DNA of 20,000 nucleotides from an uncultured virus (IMG/VR IMGVR_UViG_3300044611_002154). Taxonomy: Duplodnaviria > Heunggongvirae > Uroviricota > Caudoviricetes. The first letter of the stretch is position 1; every line of letters starts with the position of its first letter. Location of the stretch: IMG/VR virus record IMGVR_UViG_3300044611_002154, one strand, 5' to 3'. Made by a program: the position numbers and the translations under genes. Below, piece after piece: positions 14,774-20,000 of this stretch. The notes below the pieces were generated by a model that did not search any database, was not told where the DNA came from, and saw only the letters and a program-made list of their open reading frames with translations.

Positions 14774-15130
14774 ATGCTTTCACGATTTCTTCTTTCTCTG
14801 TTCCTTTTGGCTCCTACCATCCCTGCCCATGCCGCGTCAAGGCAATGCGGCGAAGCCTCGCACTATGGTATGGGAGATGGCTACCACGGGCAACGCACTG
14901 CCAGTGGCGTCAGGTTTGATGCCTACGGTTCCATTGCTGCTCATCCATGGCTTCCATTTGGTACACGCCTTCTCGTGACAAACCGTGACAATGGAAGGCA
15001 GACAGTGGTGACGGTCAATGATCGCGGCCCATACTACGGCGGACGCATTCTTGACTTGTCCTACGGCAGTTTTTCAAGACTTGCTTCGCCTGGGCAAGGA
15101 ACTGCCCGCATTTGCTTCTCTCGCTTGTGA
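14774..15130 (+). CDS. rlpA: RlpA-family lytic transglycosylase (DPBB) with signal peptide
   Basis: GEASHYG...GQRTASG..FD...AAHPWLPFGT.L.VTN..NGR..VVTVNDRGPY..GRILDLS; N-terminal signal ending AHA. Confidence 0.93.
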   Translation: MLSRFLLSLFLLAPTIPAHAASRQCGEASHYGMGDGYHGQRTASGVRFDAYGSIAAHPWLPFGTRLLVTNRDNGRQTVVTVNDRGPYYGGRILDLSYGSFSRLASPGQGTARICFSRL

Positions 15131-15363
15131 TGACCATGCTTCGTAACGTGGCTTCTTTCGCGCTGTTTTCTTGCGCTTTTGGCATTGGTGTTTTTGCCAT
15201 TGTCGCGGCTCCTCAGGCAATGCCAAACCAAGCAGGCCTGACAGAATGCCTAAAGCTCCATCCGGAACGCTACTGCCGCATTGCCAACGGCTTCCGCGTG
15301 GCGCCACTTCGTGGCTTAGAGCTGCAAAGCAGCTCTGCTCCTCTTGACAACGCAGTTCAGTAG
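15130..15363 (+). CDS. Small exported/membrane protein
   Basis: Hydrophobic N-terminus, then CLKLHPERYC. Confidence 0.6.
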   Translation: MTMLRNVASFALFSCAFGIGVFAIVAAPQAMPNQAGLTECLKLHPERYCRIANGFRVAPLRGLELQSSSAPLDNAVQ

Positions 15364-15414
15364 ATCTATTGTCCCCATGGAAGCAAAAGGGCTCCGAAAG
15401 GAGCCTTTCCTTCC
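15344..15414 (+). promoter_or_regulatory. Sigma70 promoter with 5'-terminal GAAA hairpin
   Basis: TTGACA(15344)-N17-TATTGT(15367); hairpin GGAAG..GGGCTCC-GAAA-GGAGCC..CTTCC begins at the predicted +1 (15379). Confidence 0.75.
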
Positions 15415-15436
15415 TTTACCAGCGATGGTTCCTCCA

Positions 15437-15676
15437 ATGACTCAAACGCCTTTTCTCACGCGCTCTCAACGTGCTATTGCCCGCATGGTCAAAAATGCAG
15501 GCTATGAACTGACAAACTATTCTCAGAATGATCGTCTTGCTGCTCGCACTAAGCTTTTGGCCGTTGTTTCTAAAGCGCCTGATCATGCCCCAGCGAGCAA
15601 ACCATACAAGCGCACAAAAGCTTATTTCCGCACGTTAGCTGACAGCATGGAAGATCACGTCTGGCGTTATTTGTAA
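15437..15676 (+). CDS. Basic hypothetical protein
   Basis: ATG 15437 (MTQTPF) after the promoter. Confidence 0.7.
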   Translation: MTQTPFLTRSQRAIARMVKNAGYELTNYSQNDRLAARTKLLAVVSKAPDHAPASKPYKRTKAYFRTLADSMEDHVWRYL

Positions 15677-15867
15677 TGGCATTAAAGGACAATAGACGCG
15701 CATTGCTCGATCTTGTTAAAAAGCATGGTTTTATTCTTCATCGCAAGAATAAACACTATGTGTTTAAGCATTCTTCTGGCAAGACTCTCGTTTGCAGCAC
15801 AAGCTGTACTGATTGGCGTGCATTGAAGAATGTTGAGCGAGACATCAATCGTCTGTTGTCCTCATGA
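15676..15867 (+). CDS. HicA-like toxin-fold protein
   Basis: LLDLVKKHGFILHRKNKHYVFKHSSGKTLV...RALKNV.RDI fits the alpha-beta-beta-beta-alpha HicA pattern with conserved His. Confidence 0.7.
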   Translation: MALKDNRRALLDLVKKHGFILHRKNKHYVFKHSSGKTLVCSTSCTDWRALKNVERDINRLLSS

Positions 15868-16067
15868 AATTCTCCGTTGGCACCATTGTCGATTTATATG
15901 ACTTTGGTTTTAAACAATGGAGAGGAGAATATATTATTACAAAAGTTATTCCTGAAACTGGCTTATACAAAATCAAGAATACAAAAACAAATAGCCAGCA
16001 ATTCGTCAAGGAAAAAGCCTTGCGAATAGGGCGTCTCAAGCCTTTCCGCGTTGAGAGCCTCCATTGA
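15864..16067 (+). CDS. Small beta-barrel (SH3-like) hypothetical protein
   Basis: MKFSVGTIVDL...YIITKV...YKIKN...VKEKAL. Confidence 0.65.
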   Translation: MKFSVGTIVDLYDFGFKQWRGEYIITKVIPETGLYKIKNTKTNSQQFVKEKALRIGRLKPFRVESLH

Positions 16068-16118
16068 ATGTTACGAAATGCAACAACGGGGCCGCCAGGC
16101 CCCTTTCTCATGTATTGT
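16067..16118 (+). promoter_or_regulatory. Promoter cassette 2: HLR1-like box + terminator hairpin + -10
   Basis: Box 16067-16084 (reverse complement GTTGCATT-TC-GTAACATT); hairpin GGGGCC-GCCA-GGCCCC-TTTCT; TATTGT at 16113. Confidence 0.7.
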
Positions 16119-16143
16119 TCCTTTGTTCGCGCCTCTCGCAACC

Positions 16144-16401
16144 ATGGCCACCATCCCCACTCTCCATCTCAACGGCACCTCCAAGACTGATCTAAGAGAT
16201 GGCTACGCTGCTGCTTACGATGCCATCGAAAAAGCCATTGATGCTCTGGCAAATGCCGAGCTCAATGGCCGGGATTTCTATCCGCAAGGTCCCGATGCTT
16301 ACTACCAAGCCCGCAAGGAGCGTGATCAAGCTTTTGAAAAGCTTCGCGCCGCTCACGACTATGTAGGGGAAGTGCTCGTGGGCATCTGCGACCAAATGTG
16401 A
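16144..16401 (+). CDS. Hypothetical phage protein (PTLHLNGTS...NGRDFYPQG)
   Basis: ATG 16144 follows the cassette. Confidence 0.75.
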   Translation: MATIPTLHLNGTSKTDLRDGYAAAYDAIEKAIDALANAELNGRDFYPQGPDAYYQARKERDQAFEKLRAAHDYVGEVLVGICDQM

Positions 16402-16472
16402 AGCTTTGTAACAGCCCCCGTTTAGGGGGCCTTTCTCCTGTATTGTTCTCTAGTCGTCAGGCAGCGATGCCT
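16395..16472 (+). promoter_or_regulatory. Promoter cassette 3
   Basis: Box 16395-16412 (reverse complement GTTACAAA-GC-TTCACATT); hairpin GCCCCC-GTTTA-GGGGGC; TATTGT at 16441; AGGCA-GCGA-TGCCT at 16459. Confidence 0.75.
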
Positions 16473-16478
16473 CCTCTC

Positions 16479-16757
16479 ATGGACAAAACCACTCTCATCA
16501 AACAGTTCATCTTCAATGCTGGCAGCAGCATTGTCAGCGTGCAATTCATTAAGGCTGATGGCTCCGTTCGCAGTCTTCAGTTCAATCCTCGCGACAGCAA
16601 GGAAATTAAAGGCACCGGCACTGCCATCAAAAAGCCCAACATTGTTCGTTGCCGTGATTTCTCCATTGCTCGTAGCGTAGGTGAAGGTGCCTGGCGCTCC
16701 TTTGATTGTGAGCGCGTGATTAGCGTCAAAGCAAACGGCCAATCCATTTCCTTCTGA
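16479..16757 (+). CDS. WYL_2/DUF2693-like Sm/SH3 beta-barrel protein
   Basis: VSVQFIKADGSVR...VRCRD...WRSFDCERV motif. Confidence 0.7.
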   Translation: MDKTTLIKQFIFNAGSSIVSVQFIKADGSVRSLQFNPRDSKEIKGTGTAIKKPNIVRCRDFSIARSVGEGAWRSFDCERVISVKANGQSISF

Positions 16758-16760
16758 ACA

Positions 16761-16997
16761 ATGTTTCACAAAGTAGTTGAAGGCTGGAGAACCAGCCCTT
16801 ACTTAGCCAAGCTCGAAGCAGATCGCCAAGCACAGCATTCTGGCTATGGCGTCAGACAATTTCTCTGTGCCGATGGCTCCCAAAAATGGGAGGCTTATGG
16901 CTGGGAACGCATCACTGAATTCCAGCTCCACGACACTTCCTATGGCATCTTTGACCACAAGTGGGAAGCTGAACAGTATTTCAACAACATTCTCTGA
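16761..16997 (+). CDS. Hypothetical protein
   Basis: 78-aa ORF. Confidence 0.65.
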   Translation: MFHKVVEGWRTSPYLAKLEADRQAQHSGYGVRQFLCADGSQKWEAYGWERITEFQLHDTSYGIFDHKWEAEQYFNNIL

Positions 16998-16999
16998 TC

Positions 17000-17374
17000 A
17001 TGCCTTTCTTCATTGCAACTGCCCTGCCAGAACTGCCTCCTATGGTTCAACAGGAGCCAGTAAAAAATCGTCAGCAAGAAATCCTAGAGAAAATCATGCA
17101 GCAAGCTCCTGCTGCTGCTGAGCGTTCCTTTGGCGATTGCATGTACCAATGGGGACAATGGAAGCTAGCGAGTGATGGCGTGCGCACCACACTGCGCTCC
17201 TGCAAAGGAGAATCTGCTCAAACTCCTTCCTACATCGCCGTGAGCTGCCCTCTCCTGCAGGTGAACACCACGGAAGCTGGTAAATGGAATGGCTGGCGTA
17301 GTCCCATCGCTAAAAGCGCAAAACCAGGCGAAGCCATGATGGTGGCCACGCTCTGCGCCAACGTCACGCAATAG
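17000..17374 (+). CDS. Hypothetical Cys-containing protein
   Basis: 124-aa ORF with four Cys. Confidence 0.65.
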   Translation: MPFFIATALPELPPMVQQEPVKNRQQEILEKIMQQAPAAAERSFGDCMYQWGQWKLASDGVRTTLRSCKGESAQTPSYIAVSCPLLQVNTTEAGKWNGWRSPIAKSAKPGEAMMVATLCANVTQ

Positions 17375-17377
17375 GGC

Positions 17378-17460
17378 TTTGTAAAGCTTTGTAACAAGGG
17401 GGCTTCTGGCCCCCTTTCTGCTGTATTGTTCTTTTGTTCTGAGGCGCGAGCCTCTCCTCT
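17378..17460 (+). promoter_or_regulatory. Promoter cassette 4 with perfect HLR1 consensus
   Basis: Box 17378-17395, reverse complement GTTACAAA-GC-TTTACAAA; hairpin AAGGGGGCT-TCT-GGCCCCCTT; TATTGT at 17424; GAGGC-GCGA-GCCTC at 17441. Confidence 0.8.
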
Positions 17461-17468
17461 TCAAGACC

Positions 17469-17849
17469 ATGGCTATCCTCGACCACACCGTTGATCAGAT
17501 GATCACCGCCACTTCCTACTCTCGCTTTGAGGGCCTGGAAAGACTTTCCTTCCGCGTGGTGCTACCCGATTGGCACGAACCCTTCCCTTCTCAAGTGCGT
17601 GTATCAGCCACCAATCCTCGCGAGCTGAAATGCCACGGCCTTTATCAAGTGAGTCGCGCTTGGTATATCAATGGTCCCGTGATGGATCAATTCACCATTT
17701 CCATGGGACTAGGCCCTATCAACGTGCCCGCTGGCACCCGCATCATTAGCGAAGAACTGCCTGAGCAATGGGAAGCCAATGCAAGGGAAGCTTCAGTGGG
17801 CAAGCAGGAGTGGTGGGCCTATACCAATGGTCGCAACGACTTTTGTTAA
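17469..17849 (+). CDS. Hypothetical protein
   Basis: 126-aa ORF between two cassettes. Confidence 0.75.
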   Translation: MAILDHTVDQMITATSYSRFEGLERLSFRVVLPDWHEPFPSQVRVSATNPRELKCHGLYQVSRAWYINGPVMDQFTISMGLGPINVPAGTRIISEELPEQWEANAREASVGKQEWWAYTNGRNDFC

Positions 17850-17922
17850 GCATTGTTGCAGAGGGGTCACCAGGCCCCTCTTTCTGGTACTGTTGTCACA
17901 ACGAGGCGCGAGCCTCTCCTCT
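17842..17922 (+). promoter_or_regulatory. Promoter cassette 5
   Basis: Box 17842-17859 (reverse complement GCAACAAT-GC-TTAACAAA); hairpin AGAGGGGTC-ACCA-GGCCCCTCT; TACTGT at 17888; GAGGC-GCGA-GCCTC at 17903. Confidence 0.7.
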
Positions 17923-17932
17923 CTTTCCTCCA

Positions 17933-18163
17933 ATGACTTTCTCTGCTGAGTTCAAAGAAAACCTGCTGTGGCAAACTGCCCGCTTCATGGTTGATAGCAA
18001 GCCTGGTGAAATCATGATCATGCCTGCTGGTATCTTGGTGAAAAAGATGGATGGCAGATTCGCTCTTTCTCGTACTGGCTTGAATTTCTCTACATTGTTT
18101 GCTCCCACTAGCGATAAAATCGTTCACATCGTTGAGGGCTGGGCAAAGGAGATAGTTTCGTGA
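17933..18163 (+). CDS. Hypothetical protein
   Basis: ATG 17933 (MTFSAEFK). Confidence 0.7.
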   Translation: MTFSAEFKENLLWQTARFMVDSKPGEIMIMPAGILVKKMDGRFALSRTGLNFSTLFAPTSDKIVHIVEGWAKEIVS

Positions 18164-18342
18164 ACACAGTCAACATCCTTGCCATCTCAAAGAAAGGCAA
18201 AAGCCGCATTGGTACCAAACTCACCACTGCCATTGTTGAGCAGGATCATCACGACAAGCTTTTCGTGGTGTGGCCTGAGCTAAATCAATGCAGATGGATT
18301 AAGCGCAACAACGACCCTGATTTTTGCATTATTGAGGACTGA
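18160..18342 (+). CDS. Hypothetical protein
   Basis: 60 aa, GTGA overlap. Confidence 0.65.
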   Translation: MNTVNILAISKKGKSRIGTKLTTAIVEQDHHDKLFVVWPELNQCRWIKRNNDPDFCIIED

Positions 18343-18345
18343 ATC

Positions 18346-18687
18346 ATGATGAATCAAGAAATCAAAAAGCGCTGGATCGAAGCTCTTCGCTCTGGAGAGT
18401 ATCAACAGGGAAAAGAAAGTCTTTTCCATTGCGGTAAATTCTGTTGCTTAGGCGTGCTCACTGATCTCTACATCAAAGAGCATGGTCTTCAATGGAAGCA
18501 AGATTCTGCGGATCTGTGGACCTTTGAAGAAGAAGGAGGAACTCTCCCTCGATCAGTACAAGACTGGTCTGGCATCTTAGAGCCCAATCCTATGATTCTT
18601 GATAATTTTGCTACGGCTCATAATGATCAATACGCAGAAGATTTTGCCACCATTGCTGATTACATTGAAAAGGACAAAGGACTTTGA
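18346..18687 (+). CDS. Conserved phage hypothetical protein (WIEALRSGEYQQG...FCCLGVL)
   Basis: Recognisable recurring phage motif. Confidence 0.75.
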   Translation: MMNQEIKKRWIEALRSGEYQQGKESLFHCGKFCCLGVLTDLYIKEHGLQWKQDSADLWTFEEEGGTLPRSVQDWSGILEPNPMILDNFATAHNDQYAEDFATIADYIEKDKGL

Positions 18688-18689
18688 TC

Positions 18690-18905
18690 ATGCCTTACTC
18701 TCTCATTGTTGATGATGAATGGGGCGTGCCTTACGCCCTCAAGACTTTTGAAACCATTCAAGAAGTGCATGATGAAATTAGGACTATGGACGAAGCGTTA
18801 GATAACGTTGGCCCAGGAGCTGCTTATGCCATTCGCTGCATTATTGACCAGCTCAAAGAAATTGTCCACGAGGCTAAACAAGAGCCTGAAACCCTTCCTG
18901 ATTAG
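18690..18905 (+). CDS. Hypothetical protein
   Basis: ATG 18690 (MPYSL). Confidence 0.65.
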   Translation: MPYSLIVDDEWGVPYALKTFETIQEVHDEIRTMDEALDNVGPGAAYAIRCIIDQLKEIVHEAKQEPETLPD

Positions 18906-18948
18906 CAATGTTGCACATTGCGTCTCTTCCCGTCCTGCTTTTTGAACC

Positions 18949-19248
18949 ATGCTCACCATTTCCACTTATCAAGACAACGGCCCGTATTTCCCTCCCACTA
19001 AAGGCCGCTACCAAGCGGCCCGTTTGAGAGACCTTCTCTTCCACGTCAGGCAAGCGATGGAGGATCGGGAAGACATTATTGCCATCTTTGATCAGCAAGG
19101 CTTTTGCAGGGGCATCTGGCGCCGGGATATTGAAGGATACATAGACAGCGCTGGTGATAGCATCATTGATCATGAAGGCTATGAGCTGATGCGTCCTGAT
19201 ACCAAAGAGCAATGGTTATGGAAGAGGCTTCAGGAGGTGATGAAATAA
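18949..19248 (+). CDS. Hypothetical protein
   Basis: 99-aa ORF. Confidence 0.7.
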   Translation: MLTISTYQDNGPYFPPTKGRYQAARLRDLLFHVRQAMEDREDIIAIFDQQGFCRGIWRRDIEGYIDSAGDSIIDHEGYELMRPDTKEQWLWKRLQEVMK

Positions 19249-19658
19249 TGGGCACTAATTATTACTTACACGCTCCCAAGTGCTTTCATTGTGGCAAAGA
19301 AGAAGAACCTCCGTTGCATCTTGGCAAAGGCTCTTATGGTTGGTGCTTTGGCCTCCACGTCTATCCAGAAGATGGCATCAACAATTGGCAACAACTATGG
19401 AGCCACATTGATTATTTAACGAAAGAAAAAGACCATGAAATAAGAGATGAATATGGTGACTTTGTTGAAAATGGGAAATTCTTCTCCATTGTCTGGGACA
19501 GGAGCGGCAAGCCTGATAGACTTTTCGACAAACAATGGCTAAGGGATAACTACGCAGAAATAGGGCCTTACGGTCTTGCCAGGCATGCTTTGCTTGCAGG
19601 GCATTGCATAGGCCATGGTGAAGGGCCTTTTGATTACATCATTGGAGAATTCAGTTGA
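19248..19658 (+). CDS. Conserved phage hypothetical protein (MGTNYY...CxxCG...HLGK.S.GW)
   Basis: ATG 19248 overlaps the upstream TAA and is preceded by GGAGG. Confidence 0.75.
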   Translation: MGTNYYLHAPKCFHCGKEEEPPLHLGKGSYGWCFGLHVYPEDGINNWQQLWSHIDYLTKEKDHEIRDEYGDFVENGKFFSIVWDRSGKPDRLFDKQWLRDNYAEIGPYGLARHALLAGHCIGHGEGPFDYIIGEFS

Positions 19659-20000
19659 AAAAAGAGCTTTGGCAAGCTTTTGAAAGCGCCATTATTGTCT
19701 TCCCTTCAGGCTCCCCATGGGAGCCTTCTTCTTTGCCTTGTTTTGTCATTTCTGTTTGCTGTCCATTTAGCCTGCCTTACGACCCTGCTCGTGACTCTGC
19801 CCTCCATCGTGAAATGAAAGGCTGGCTAGAGCTGCTAAAAACGCCTCACGAGGAAATAGTGGGGCGATCTATCGACGGCCAGTGGCAGGAGCCTTGCTGG
19901 GCTATTTATGGCATCACAGAAGGACAAGCGAAGCGCTTGGGCAGGCTTTATCAGCAATGGGCAGTGTTTCGCTTTGACGAGAAGGGGAGAACAGTGTTGG
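19655..20000 (+). CDS. DUF3293-like protein, truncated by the window end
   Basis: TTG start; MKKELWQAF...FVISVCCPFS...G.SIDGQWQEPCW...AKRLGRLYQQWAVF. Confidence 0.7.
   Translation, partial: MKKELWQAFESAIIVFPSGSPWEPSSLPCFVISVCCPFSLPYDPARDSALHREMKGWLELLKTPHEEIVGRSIDGQWQEPCWAIYGITEGQAKRLGRLYQQWAVFRFDEKGRTVL

Noticed and set aside
15321..15338. Sixth HLR1 box upstream of the 15344 promoter (likewise upstream of 11181)
   Set aside because: Sequence at the 28-nt position matches the consensus too poorly; these promoters have a consensus TTGACA instead
12404..17859. Boxes as NtcA (GTA-N8-TAC) or Pho boxes
   Set aside because: They are 10-nt-period direct repeats, not the NtcA palindrome, and do not have the 11-nt period of Pho boxes
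16067..17922. Repeats interpreted as a CRISPR array
   Set aside because: Copies are degenerate, separated by whole genes at irregular distances, and have promoter/terminator architecture

Overview
This window looks like part of a dsDNA tailed-phage genome, most likely a cyanophage. The host is inferred from RpaB/HLR1-like boxes, Shine-Dalgarno-less pyrimidine-rich leaders and an NblA-like ORF. The left arm (minus strand, ~320-6520) is a DNA metabolism/recombination operon: PD-(D/E)xK endonuclease, dCTP deaminase, SSB-like protein, exonuclease, two HNH proteins in an AT-richer insert, a Sak3/DUF1071 annealase and an RHH regulator. A Zn-finger/TOPRIM/AAA primase-helicase (6751-8787) is transcribed divergently. 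It is followed by a TerS-like HTH protein and a long plus-strand run of small early/accessory-type genes (RlpA, orphan HicA-like, WYL_2/SH3-like, DUF3293, many hypotheticals). Notable non-coding signals: (1) a five-copy promoter cassette with an inverted HLR1-type 8+2+8 direct repeat exactly 28 nt upstream of a -10 hexamer, usually with a terminator hairpin in place of the -35 and a GNRA hairpin at the predicted 5' end; (2) a ~220-nt multi-stem candidate ncRNA with its own promoter and terminator (14441-14660, minus); (3) TAG-N9-CTA direct repeats bounding small gene blocks. All family calls come from motif recognition by eye; no database searches were run.
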